IMG/VR virus record: IMGVR_UViG_3300036783_000113
Span: 17,484 to 81,483 of that record
Source: a virus
Lineage: Duplodnaviria > Caudoviricetes
Strand: one strand, 5' to 3'
Length of the DNA: 64,000 nucleotides
Both the position numbers and the translations under genes were made by a program. Positions 7,943 through 17,900 of this stretch are shown one piece after another (the first letter of the stretch is position 1; each line of letters starts with the position of its first letter). The notes under the pieces are model-generated. The model had not been told where the DNA came from, did no database searches, and saw only the letters and a program-made list of their open reading frames with translations.

Positions 7943-8959
7943 ATGTTCAAAATAGAACACGCTAACGTAACTAAATTCGAACTTGCTGAAGCGAAAGACC
8001 ATTATGATTTCACTTATATTTTAGCTTCTTCAGTACCTAACTTAAACGGCTGGCATGTTGAAGCTGCTGATTTAGAATTAGCAAAAGAGACTATTCTACA
8101 CCAACCGTTAATTATTGTTCCTGATTGGGATAACTTGCCTACTGGTCATTCATTAGCTAAGTTCCCTGAATTAGATTGGGATGCAAAAACAATCGGTACT
8201 CATATAGCTGCTGAAACATTTGAAGAAGATGGAATCACTCATTTAAAAACTACAGCTAGGGCTTGGAAAATTAGGAGTCCTAAAGAGATTGAACAAATGA
8301 AAGCTTTGCATGAAGCTGGCGCTTTACGTTTCTCAATGGAAGCTCGTTATGAAGAAGCTGGTATTGAAGGGACTACACGAAAAGCAAAAGATGTTCATTT
8401 TATTGGTTCTGCTGTAGTTGACGATCCGGCAAATCCTTTTAGCTACTCGCTAGAGGTTGCGAATAGAAAAAAACAAAAACAAGAACAAGGAGGTTTCAAG
8501 TCGATGGAATTTAAAACATTAGAAGAAGCTGTCGCTCATATCGGTGGTATGAAAGTTACATTAAAAAACACTGAAAAAGAATTAGAAACAGCTAATAAGA
8601 CTGTTGAAACATTAACAAGTGAAAAAGCTACTTTAACTGAAACTTTAGAAACAGCTAACACAAACGTTACTAACTTAACTGAAGAAGTTAAAGGACTTAA
8701 AGAAGAAAAAGAAACTGCTGCAAAAGCTAAATTAGCTGGTGAGCGTTTCACTGAAATGTCAGAATACGTTGAGTTTACTGAAGCTGAAAAAACTGAAACT
8801 GCTTCTAAGTATGGTGAAATGTCAGAAGACGTTTACAAAATGGTTTTAGAAACTGCTAAACGCGGCGGTAAGAAAGACGGAAAAACTGAGGTTGCTGGTG
8901 CATCTTCTGATACTAAAGTTAATTTAGATTCAGATAATCCGCTTGCATTCTTAGACTAA
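7943..8959 (+). CDS. Prohead protease-scaffold fusion
   Basis: N-terminal protease-like region (PTGH, FSME, GSAVV..PA) followed by a long E/K/T coiled coil. Confidence 0.7.
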   Translation: MFKIEHANVTKFELAEAKDHYDFTYILASSVPNLNGWHVEAADLELAKETILHQPLIIVPDWDNLPTGHSLAKFPELDWDAKTIGTHIAAETFEEDGITHLKTTARAWKIRSPKEIEQMKALHEAGALRFSMEARYEEAGIEGTTRKAKDVHFIGSAVVDDPANPFSYSLEVANRKKQKQEQGGFKSMEFKTLEEAVAHIGGMKVTLKNTEKELETANKTVETLTSEKATLTETLETANTNVTNLTEEVKGLKEEKETAAKAKLAGERFTEMSEYVEFTEAEKTETASKYGEMSEDVYKMVLETAKRGGKKDGKTEVAGASSDTKVNLDSDNPLAFLD

Positions 8960-8980
8960 TATATTAGGAGGTCATTTATA

Positions 8981-9418
8981 ATGGCATTAACACATTTTAC
9001 AAATCCTACAGCGTTCTACTACCGTAAGGATTTAACAGTAACTAAACATGGTGAATACAAAGCTAAAGTTGATATGGATTTCGGAACTGCTGGTAAAGTT
9101 GATCCAAAGACTGGTCTTATCGAACCTGCTGCTACTTCCGATGACTTTGAAGGTATTGTTGACAAAATAATTCTTGATTGGCAGGGTACTGACCGTGGCC
9201 GTTTAAAAGTTAAAGCTGGCGAACGTTGCCGTATCGGTATTGGTAATGACTACGAATTCGTTACTAAAGGACTTGCTTCTGTAGATGCTGCACTAGTTGT
9301 AGGCGATGCTGTAGAAGTTAAAGCTGGTAAGTTTATCAAACTAGCAACTGGAAAACAAGTTGGTAAAGTAACACAAAAATTTGCTAATGGCGAAATCGCT
9401 ATTGCTATCCGCAAGTAA
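8981..9418 (+). CDS. Capsid auxiliary/decoration protein
   Basis: Lies between protease and capsid genes; beta-rich, 145 aa. Confidence 0.55.
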   Translation: MALTHFTNPTAFYYRKDLTVTKHGEYKAKVDMDFGTAGKVDPKTGLIEPAATSDDFEGIVDKIILDWQGTDRGRLKVKAGERCRIGIGNDYEFVTKGLASVDAALVVGDAVEVKAGKFIKLATGKQVGKVTQKFANGEIAIAIRK

Positions 9419-9432
9419 GGAGGAAAAAATTA

Positions 9433-10371
9433 ATGTCTAAATATACTGTTGCACAACGAGAAAAATTCTTTGAACAAGTTAAGAAATACGCTCAAGCTTC
9501 TAAATTAGATGAAGCTGGTAAGAAACTTCAAGAAGGTATTAAAAAAATGGCTTCAACAACAGCTGGTCGTGAAGAACTTGCTGCTTTAGTAACCGAAAAC
9601 TTAGAAGCTGAAATGACTTCTTATGATTTACGTTCGTTACTTTTTGAAACGAAACAACGTGAATTACTAGAAAAAGTCGAGTACAAGCGTAAAGGTAAAT
9701 TCCGCGCATTCCGTATTACTCGCGGTGGTTACGTTCCTAAAGTTCAAACGTTCCAAGATGTAGTTATGGCTCAACCTGAAGAGTTCGCTGTACGTGCTTC
9801 TTGTCACCTTGACCAAATTCGTACAGGTCGTATCTCTTCTGTTGATGAATTACGTACTGGTATGTCTGAAGCTTTAATCACTGAATACAACCGTTATTTC
9901 TTTGAATCGTTAAACGCTGCTGTAAACTCTACAGACAATCCGAAAAACGTATTCACTGTATCTAAAGAAGTTAACAAAGATGTATTAGATGCTGCTATCG
10001 CTTCTGCTGCTAAACATGGTCATGTATCAATCGTTGGTACTTACCAATCGCTATTACCAGTAACTAACTTTGCTGGTTACACTGATACACAAAAAGATGA
10101 AATCATGCGTACAGGTAAAATCGGTGTTTACCGTGGAGCTAGTTTAGTTGAGTTAACTGAATACGATGATGCTGATGGTTTACCAGTAGTTAAAGACGAT
10201 TGCATTTTCTTAGTAGTTCGTAAAGCTGGTTTCATTGATGACTTCGGTGAAATGGCTAATGAAGAAATCACTGATAAAGAGCATTCAGAGTTCTCAATCT
10301 TAGTTCGTAAAGAATGGGGCTTCACAATCCTTTACCCTGAATACATCTTCATGATTAAGATCACTGCATAA
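9433..10371 (+). CDS. Major capsid protein
   Basis: 312 aa, position, highly expressed codon bias, followed by a hairpin. Confidence 0.8.
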   Translation: MSKYTVAQREKFFEQVKKYAQASKLDEAGKKLQEGIKKMASTTAGREELAALVTENLEAEMTSYDLRSLLFETKQRELLEKVEYKRKGKFRAFRITRGGYVPKVQTFQDVVMAQPEEFAVRASCHLDQIRTGRISSVDELRTGMSEALITEYNRYFFESLNAAVNSTDNPKNVFTVSKEVNKDVLDAAIASAAKHGHVSIVGTYQSLLPVTNFAGYTDTQKDEIMRTGKIGVYRGASLVELTEYDDADGLPVVKDDCIFLVVRKAGFIDDFGEMANEEITDKEHSEFSILVRKEWGFTILYPEYIFMIKITA

Positions 10372-10372
10372 T

Positions 10373-10392
10373 GAGAGGGGTTATCCCCTCTT
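10373..10392 (+). terminator. Hairpin after capsid gene
   Basis: GAGAGGGG-TTAT-CCCCTCTT; weak T tract. Confidence 0.4.
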
Positions 10393-10416
10393 AACTTTAA
10401 TAAACAAGGAGAGGTT

Positions 10417-10815
10417 ATGGTTATGGCTGTTACTAAAAAATATGTATTAGAGGTTATTTTCAAGGGTAATTTATATTTGAACTTCCAAGGTGTATACCTT
10501 AACAAATGGGCTATTTCAGGTGGAAAAATCACTTTGACAGAAGATGAATATGATTACGCAAAGATGAACTTCCCTGAAACATTAGCTAAATATCTTGAAC
10601 CGATTGGTTTCAAGTATGATAAAGATATGGAGATTCCTGAATTTGAACCATCGCTTTATTTCGACTTACGCGCTGATAAACGTGAAGAAATCTTAAACAA
10701 ACTTAAATTAGAACAACTTGAAGAACTTCACACTTTTGCAGAATTAAGTGATATTAATGAGGTAACGAAAGATGTTATCAAAACTAAAATTCTATTAACT
10801 AAGGCTGGCAAGTAA
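10417..10815 (+). CDS. Hypothetical head-associated protein
   Basis: GGAGAGG RBS; position. Confidence 0.5.
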   Translation: MVMAVTKKYVLEVIFKGNLYLNFQGVYLNKWAISGGKITLTEDEYDYAKMNFPETLAKYLEPIGFKYDKDMEIPEFEPSLYFDLRADKREEILNKLKLEQLEELHTFAELSDINEVTKDVIKTKILLTKAGK

Positions 10816-10816
10816 C

Positions 10817-11179
10817 ATGGATCGGCTAATTGAAATCCTAAGACGTAGGTTAATGGATTTACCGATTATGGAAATGCTCCCTGATAGTAAAACTGCATTT
10901 GCTGATGAATATTTAAGTGGTGTTCTAAATGACGCATTAGATCAACAAGGTTATGAAGTTCCTTTACCTTCCAAAAAACACGAACAATTGATCGCGCTTG
11001 ACGCGGCTGTAATTGTAATTACCGGTTTAAAATCTTGGAGTGACGGTGAAAGTTATTCATACAAATCTGATGCTGTTCAAGTAACGCGTGGACTTATGCC
11101 ACGACATTTTAAAGATACGATTTCACTATTGAAAAATCAACGCGACGAAATAGTCGAAAGGATGGTAATGGAACTATGA
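10817..11179 (+). CDS. Head-tail adaptor (putative)
   Basis: Helical 120 aa with a C-terminal SYSY beta motif; position. Confidence 0.5.
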   Translation: MDRLIEILRRRLMDLPIMEMLPDSKTAFADEYLSGVLNDALDQQGYEVPLPSKKHEQLIALDAAVIVITGLKSWSDGESYSYKSDAVQVTRGLMPRHFKDTISLLKNQRDEIVERMVMEL

Positions 11180-11349
11180 ACGAATCGAAAGCTGTAAACG
11201 CAAATGAGTTATGGAAATTGCACATTGGTTTACTTCAATATGTTGACTGTATTGAAAATAAAGCTATGAGACAATTGATTAAAACTAGAGTTCTTGATGT
11301 TGCTCATGTAGCGAAAGAATCTCTTGAAGAATTAGAAGGAGGTCAATAA
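11176..11349 (+). CDS. 57-aa hypothetical protein (not in ORF track)
   Basis: ATGA overlap with the upstream gene; MNESKAVNAN...LEGGQ; its 3' end contains the RBS of the tail tube gene. Confidence 0.55.
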   Translation: MNESKAVNANELWKLHIGLLQYVDCIENKAMRQLIKTRVLDVAHVAKESLEELEGGQ

Positions 11350-11351
11350 TA

Positions 11352-11867
11352 ATGGCTGAAGTAGTATTTACTGGTAGAGAAGAAGTATATAATGGTTTTA
11401 ACCGTGAATTATTTTTCACAACTGATTCGCCTAAAGCATTACCTGAAACGACTCCTGTTGCAAAATGGATTCAATTAGGTTATGATGATTCATTCAGTTT
11501 TGACGAAAATGAGAACGAAACGCAAAAGTATAACAAGCGTGACAAATCTCATAAGAAAAAAGGACGTAAAGAATATACGTTTGATATCTCTCAAATGTAT
11601 GCGGGTGTTCAATATTCTATCTTCATGTTAAAAGGTAAGAATGGTACACTTAAACAAGTAACTAAGAATGACGAAGGAAAAGTTGTAGAGGTTAACTACT
11701 TCCACAATACTGATATTAACTCTCCTAAGTTTGCTGGTGGCGGTGACGATAAGGACGATACGATCAGTGCTTCAGGTTCTTACGAAAACCGTTTCTTATA
11801 TGACAAGGAAGGAACTGGCGCTAAGTTAATGTTCGCAACTGACGGAAGCCATGTGGTTACACCCTAG
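11352..11867 (+). CDS. Major tail tube protein
   Basis: 171 aa, strong RBS, ends CCC TAG. Confidence 0.7.
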   Translation: MAEVVFTGREEVYNGFNRELFFTTDSPKALPETTPVAKWIQLGYDDSFSFDENENETQKYNKRDKSHKKKGRKEYTFDISQMYAGVQYSIFMLKGKNGTLKQVTKNDEGKVVEVNYFHNTDINSPKFAGGGDDKDDTISASGSYENRFLYDKEGTGAKLMFATDGSHVVTP

Positions 11868-12132
11868 TAATCCCCTAGCGCCAATCGGTTTGAAAGTTGA
11901 TAGCAAGACAGCGGTACAAGCTGTTATCAGCTGGACGGCCGTTACGGATAGCAGGGGTATTAAAGCGTATGACGTATACAAAGATGGAGTTAAAGTTGCT
12001 AGTCCAACAACACCATCGTATACGGCTACTGGCTTGACTACAGCTACGACTTACAAATTCAAAATTAAAGCTGTTGCTAATGACAATATGGTTTCTGATT
12101 TCAGTCAGGAATTGTCTGTAACAACTAGTTAA
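11863..12132 (+). CDS. Fibronectin type III domain added to the tail tube protein by +1 frameshift
   Basis: FN3 pattern (P..L....ISW.......Y.VY.DG......Y...GL...TTY.F.I.AV); no RBS; CCC-TAG site at 11862-11867. Confidence 0.8.
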   Translation, partial: PSNPLAPIGLKVDSKTAVQAVISWTAVTDSRGIKAYDVYKDGVKVASPTTPSYTATGLTTATTYKFKIKAVANDNMVSDFSQELSVTTS

Positions 12133-12137
12133 AAAGG

Positions 12138-12169
12138 TGGCAAGGGGATGATTCCTCTTGTCATTTTTT
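12138..12169 (+). terminator. Intrinsic terminator
   Basis: 11-bp stem plus T6. Confidence 0.7.
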
Positions 12170-12185
12170 ATTAGGAGGGAATAAA

Positions 12186-12878
12186 ATGCTAAGTTATATG
12201 CACGAAGAGATATACGTCCATGTTGATAATTTAATTACTGAAGAGTATAAAAAGACAGGTGACAATGTATCTTTTGATGATGATTGGTATTTTGTAAGGA
12301 AGGGATTATTAAAAATAACTTTAGGTGGATCAGTAACTACTTTGACGGTTAAAGTTAATGAAGGAACTGCTGTATTTAATTTAGCTGGTAAAGCTGCTGA
12401 TGTATTAGAGTTAAATTTTGAGAAGATGATATTCAAATTGAATGGTAAATTAATATTCTTGAATTCATATATAGCCCCTGCCAATACGGATAAGGTTAAA
12501 TTGAGCTGCTCGTTTGGTCAGGGAAGCCACCAATTCAGTTACTTTGGATTGAAAGAAGTACGCAACGAAAACGATATTAACTTCTGTACATCATTGGATT
12601 ATAACTATTCAACTGAAAAACAAAGAAGAACTTTAATAAATAATGAAACAATTGATGTTGGAATTGCGAAACCGGAATATTCATGGAGTATTAATGGTTT
12701 ATGGAACAACGAAGAAGTAAGTAAATTTGGCGAACTGTTCAATTTAAGATTTATTGATGAAGAAGCAAAGCCTATGGTAAGGCTAATCGGATGTACTTCT
12801 GACAGCTTCAAGAACGGTTCATCGGATAGTGGAGATTTAACTTATTCGTTGAGTGGTAAATTCAAAAAAATTATGTAA
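12186..12878 (+). CDS. Tail protein, C-terminal half tail-tube-like
   Basis: Position and beta-rich pattern (inference). Confidence 0.4.
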   Translation: MLSYMHEEIYVHVDNLITEEYKKTGDNVSFDDDWYFVRKGLLKITLGGSVTTLTVKVNEGTAVFNLAGKAADVLELNFEKMIFKLNGKLIFLNSYIAPANTDKVKLSCSFGQGSHQFSYFGLKEVRNENDINFCTSLDYNYSTEKQRRTLINNETIDVGIAKPEYSWSINGLWNNEEVSKFGELFNLRFIDEEAKPMVRLIGCTSDSFKNGSSDSGDLTYSLSGKFKKIM

Positions 12879-12894
12879 AGGTATGGTGTTGAAA

Positions 12895-13344
12895 ATGGCT
12901 GTATTAAAATTTGCTGACAAAGTTAAAAAATTAAAGAGAACTGATAGTGTTGATTTCAAGGATAACGTTGGTGAGGTTACTTCATTCGTTGTCACTTCTG
13001 TAAAACAAACTGATTTAGATGAAATCAATAATAAATATAATGCTATGATGCCGGCTGTTCCAATTAAAAAATTACCATCTAAAACTGGAATTAAAACGGT
13101 TGAGGATCATGAAAATCCTGCTTACAAAGCTGAAACAATCAAAATTGACAAAGAACGTATGTATGAAATGGCTGCTCTTTTCTTACGTGAAGGAGAAGGT
13201 CTTGAAGGTACTATTGAAGAACAAATCGAACTAGTTAAGTCTGTTGAACTTGCTGGATTCGTTGGTAAAGTAGTTAATAAAGGTCTTGAAGTTTCAGGTC
13301 TTTTAAATGATGAGACTGATGAAGAAATTGAAGAGGGAAAGTAA
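12895..13344 (+). CDS. Tail assembly chaperone (gpG-like)
   Basis: Acidic protein ending in the G GGA AAG slippery site. Confidence 0.75.
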   Translation: MAVLKFADKVKKLKRTDSVDFKDNVGEVTSFVVTSVKQTDLDEINNKYNAMMPAVPIKKLPSKTGIKTVEDHENPAYKAETIKIDKERMYEMAALFLREGEGLEGTIEEQIELVKSVELAGFVGKVVNKGLEVSGLLNDETDEEIEEGK

Positions 13345-13541
13345 TTCTCTCTCCTAAATTAAAGGTTGAGGAAGGTGTAACGGACTTTTACATAATGTTA
13401 GATTTATGTGAAAGATACAGTGTAAACCCTCAACACTGGAACGATATAGACCACGACAAACGAGTTCTTATGAGAGCTAAATGGGAACTTGACCGTGATT
13501 ATCGTGATAGACAAGCTAAACAACAATCTCAAGGAGGGTAG
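13335..13541 (+). CDS. gpGT-like -1 frameshift extension
   Basis: The -1 frame is open for 68 codons from GGGAAAG to TAG 13539-13541 and has no independent start. Confidence 0.75.
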   Translation, partial: GKVILSPKLKVEEGVTDFYIMLDLCERYSVNPQHWNDIDHDKRVLMRAKWELDRDYRDRQAKQQSQGG

Positions 13542-13584
13542 GTGCTAAATGTGCCTACTCTCTTTTTGTATAGGAGGTGAAAAT

Positions 13585-14016
13585 ATGAGAAACAATCCAA
13601 TGGTAAAAGCGATATACGAAACGATGCGCCGTGACGTTAAAATGACTATCGACAAAGTAGGTGAAGAAGCTGTATTCGAATGGACTGAAATGGTCGGTGG
13701 TGTTTGGAATGAAACGTATGAAATATGGGAAGGCGGCGTAATGGAGAAGAAGTTTTATAAGGAAATGGGTATCGGAAAAATCTACTGGTACAAAGAAGAT
13801 TTGATTGAAGTCGAGTACGGTAAGTTGAATGTTGGCGACTGCATCATTCGTTTTGTGTACGATTCTCCTGTATTTGATACATTACGTGGTAAACATAATG
13901 TTGTGTTTACTTACAAGAATCAACGATTTGCGTTCAACTCTCCATTCGATATAGGTGATTCGGTTCAAGGGAAAATGACTTGTAAAGTTGTACGTGGTAC
14001 TAAGTCAACTGAATAG
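13585..14016 (+). CDS. Head-closure/connector protein (putative)
   Basis: AGGAGGTG RBS; beta-rich. Confidence 0.45.
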   Translation: MRNNPMVKAIYETMRRDVKMTIDKVGEEAVFEWTEMVGGVWNETYEIWEGGVMEKKFYKEMGIGKIYWYKEDLIEVEYGKLNVGDCIIRFVYDSPVFDTLRGKHNVVFTYKNQRFAFNSPFDIGDSVQGKMTCKVVRGTKSTE

Positions 14017-14026
14017 AGGTGTACTA

Positions 14027-14491
14027 ATGATTAAAATGAATATTGATACAAGTGATATGAAAAGACTAGCTGCTCAACTAAGAGAATTTACAAGCGCTGC
14101 TGAACGTGAAGCTCAAGATGTTATGGTTGAACTTTCAGATAAGACTAATAGATCATTTGATAATAAGATGCTTAGTTTAGTATACGATAAGTATTCTCCT
14201 TACAAATATAAACGTACTGACCATTTAAGAGGTAAGGATGGTTCAAGGGTTGAGGAAATGAAGATTGATGGTTCAGTAAGTTCATATTCGTTTCAAATCG
14301 ATGAAAATAGTCGCGACCGAAAAGGTGAAACTTGGTACAACAAAGCTGAACGTGTTGAGTCAGGTGATTTACGCGGTTCTGCTCCTGAACGTCCTTTCAT
14401 TGAAGAAACTCAAAATGATTTGAAAAAAGGATTAAAAGAAGCAGAAATAAAATATATGGCTAAAATTAGAATGCTATTGAATAGGAGGTGA
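14027..14491 (+). CDS. HK97 gp10-like tail completion protein
   Basis: N-terminal helix, RTDHLR, and RPFIEET motif. Confidence 0.55.
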   Translation: MIKMNIDTSDMKRLAAQLREFTSAAEREAQDVMVELSDKTNRSFDNKMLSLVYDKYSPYKYKRTDHLRGKDGSRVEEMKIDGSVSSYSFQIDENSRDRKGETWYNKAERVESGDLRGSAPERPFIEETQNDLKKGLKEAEIKYMAKIRMLLNRR

Positions 14492-14495
14492 TTAG

Positions 14496-14960
14496 ATGGT
14501 ATTGATGTACGATCAAGAAAAGTACGTTGAAACAACTAAAGGTATAGTTAAAGAATTTGTTCAGAAACAAATACCTGAAGCGAAAATTATATTGGGTGAA
14601 TTACCGAACGCCGATGACAACTTAGTTATCGACAAACCTAATATATATATTGAGTACGAACGTGACTTAGCTATTGATGATAGGTATGGGTATAGGACTG
14701 GTAGAGGTGGCCATAAGAAACGTTATCGTCTTACTTATTCGTTTCAGATTATAACACAAGGTGATACTTATGGAGTTATGGACAGGGACAGAATCGTTCA
14801 AAAAATAGTTGCAGCGGTGAATAAAGAACAGACTTCTCAAGAATTCGCGCAAAGAGGACTTTACAAATTAGGTGGTAAGTTCGTAAGTAGTTATCGTGTG
14901 CGTGAAAATTTATTCTTAGCGAGAGTTGAAATTAACTTCATTATTCACTTTGAATCTTAA
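14496..14960 (+). CDS. Tail terminator (putative)
   Basis: P.I.IEY...YSFQII pattern typical of tail terminators. Confidence 0.5.
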   Translation: MVLMYDQEKYVETTKGIVKEFVQKQIPEAKIILGELPNADDNLVIDKPNIYIEYERDLAIDDRYGYRTGRGGHKKRYRLTYSFQIITQGDTYGVMDRDRIVQKIVAAVNKEQTSQEFAQRGLYKLGGKFVSSYRVRENLFLARVEINFIIHFES

Positions 14961-14979
14961 TATAAGGAAGGTGTAGTAA

Positions 14980-17900
14980 ATGAACGAGAACAATCGTATA
15001 GGTATTCGGTTTGAGGTAAATACAAAAGAGTTAGCGGAAATGAACAAAGCGATTGCTACAATTGATAAGTTCAATCAAGCTTCAGCAAAAATGGCACAAT
15101 CAATGAGTCAAACTGCTACTGCAAGTACAAAAAGTGAACAGGCAATCAAGAACACGACTCAAAGAATCCAAGAAATAGAAAGAGCAACTAGTTCTTTGCC
15201 TAACCAAATGAAAGCTAGTTCTCAAAGCATAGATAGAATGGGTCAAGCTGTAACTAAATTACAAAACGATTTAAAAGGTTATGGTCGTGATGTAAAAGTT
15301 GCTGTAGATTCTAACGGCAAAATGAACGCTAGTTTCAAAGATTCACAAGGTAATATAGTTAAGATGAAAGCTGAATTAGATCAGACTGCAAACCGTTTTG
15401 TTAACTTTTCAAATTCAATACAAACAACTAACGGTCATTTAAAACAGCTGGCTCAAGCTGAAAAAGCTGCTGCTCAAGAACAAAAGAAAATGGCTCAAGA
15501 AGCTGCTAAAGCTGCATCTGAAATGAAGAAGAATGAACAACATGCTGAATCTTTAACTCGCGCATATAATAAGTTACATCAAGGATTAGACATATCAGAA
15601 GTTTTACGTAGAAACGGTGGAACTTTTAATGTTTACAATAATGCTGTTAAAGGTAATAGTGAAATTGTACGTGCAAATATTGATCGTCACGGTAAATTCA
15701 CACAAACATTGCGTGACCAACAAGGTGCTTTAACAACTATAAATGGTTACTATAACCAATCACACGGACGTTTGGTTCAGTATTCTGAAGCTGTATCTTC
15801 AGGTAATAAAAAAGTTGCACAATCAATGAATGAAACGACTGCTGCCGCAAAAACAGGAGCTAGTGCAATGGGAGAGTGGGCTAACCAAACAAGAATTGCA
15901 TTTGAACGTATGATCCAGTGGACTGCCGTTACGACAGTATTCTTCCAAATAATTAACGGATTAAAAGCTGTCGGTGCAACTATAGTCGAAGTTGACCATC
16001 AAATGACTAATCTTAGAAGGGTTATGAATGAAGATCAATTTATGGCTGGAACTTCTGCTGTTCAAGGTTTTGAACGTATGTTAAAAACTGCAACTAGTAC
16101 AGCTCAAGAATTAGGGGTTACAGTTGTAGGCGTTCTTGAATCGATGAACGAATTCGCGAGACAGGGTTTTGATGAAAATACAATTAACTATTTATCTCGT
16201 ATGGCAACTGTATTTTCTGCTGTAGCCGATATCGATATGTCAACTTCTGCTTCATACTTAACTTCTGCTATGAAAATATTCAACTTGGAAGCTGAAGAAT
16301 CTATCAGAATAGTCGATGAATTGAATCAGGTCGATAACGATTATGCCGTGAGTTCTGATGACTTAGCGCAATCATTAGCTCGTGCTGGTGGTACTGCAAA
16401 TGCGTTCGGTGTATCTATGGAGCAAGTTTTAGGTCACACTGTAGCAATTGGTGAAGCGACTCGTGAATCAGGGGCTATCGTTGGTAACTCATTAAAAACA
16501 ATTTACTCTCGTGTTACAACTGTTGATTCTGCTATTAGTGCATTGAAAGAAGTTGGCGTAGATGTATTTGATCCGATAACAAAAGATTCGAAAGACGTTA
16601 ACGTTATCTTAGGTGATTTAGCTGGTAAATGGGATGGTCTTTCTAAAACTCAACGTGAAAACATTGGTGTAACTTTAGCTGGACGACATCAATTATCTCG
16701 TTTCATGGTATTAATGGATCGTTGGGGACAAGGGGTTGCCGCTACTGATACGGCTTATAAAGCTGCTGGTTCAGGTATGCGTGAGTATGATAAATACATG
16801 CAATCAATTGGAGCAAATATGAATTTAGCTATTGCTGCATTCCAAAAATTAGCTATCGCGCTAGGTGAAGCTGGTATTGGTGCTGCTATGATTGTCGCTC
16901 TTAAAGGTGTGACAATGTTCACTGAAGGAATAACTGCAACTGTAGAAAAGTTAGGTGCTTTATCATTTGCTGTTCCTGCTGTAGTAGCTGCATTAGGTTA
17001 CTTAGCTGTTGCGTATGTAACTACTTCTAGGGCTGCTACTGCTGCTGGAACTTCATTAGCTATTCCTATGAACAAGGCTGGTATGGCAGTTAACAACTTA
17101 ATGAATTCAATGGGTGCATCTTCAATTGCTGCTGCTAATATGGGAGGGGCTGTTTCAAAGTTAACAACTGGCATGAGAGCGTTGGCAATGGCCACAATAA
17201 TGAATCCGTTCGTTTGGGTAGCTGCTGCTGTAATAGGAATTACTGCTTTAGTCGGTGGTATGTCTCAAGCGAAACAAGAAGTAGAATCTATGGCTGAATC
17301 AGCTCGTAATGCCGAATATGAATTCGACCAATTGAACAAACGTATCAAAGAGGGTAATCCCCAAGATATGCGATACGATTTGAATAAATTGGATCAAATG
17401 AGAGATAAACTTAAAGAAGTAGCTGATGGTGCTAAGTTTTCCGAAGCTGCATTTAATAACCAAAAGGCCTCAATGGAAGGTAGTGCTAATGCTAGTTTGA
17501 ATTTAGGTTTCCAATTAGCTAATCTTAAAGATAAAATAATGGCTAACAATAACGGTACTGCAACTTGGTTTGAACGTTTGCCTGAAGATTTAAAGAAAAC
17601 AGCTGCCGAATTAGGTGTGACGTATGAAAAGGGTATGACATTCAATGAATTCATTTCTGCATTAGATGAAAAATCTTCTCGTGCTACTGATTCTTATAAT
17701 GAATTAAATAAGAAAATTAAAGAAACTGGTAAACCTGAAGGTATTCTTGAAGCTGCTAAAGCTATGAATGACTTATCAGAGAATACTGACGAAGCGTTTA
17801 ACTCATTTTCTAAAATCGCTGGTTTCAAAGATGAAATGATTAATTCTTTAAAAGAACAAATGACTTACATTCAATTAATGTCAAAAGTTCCTGCTGAACA

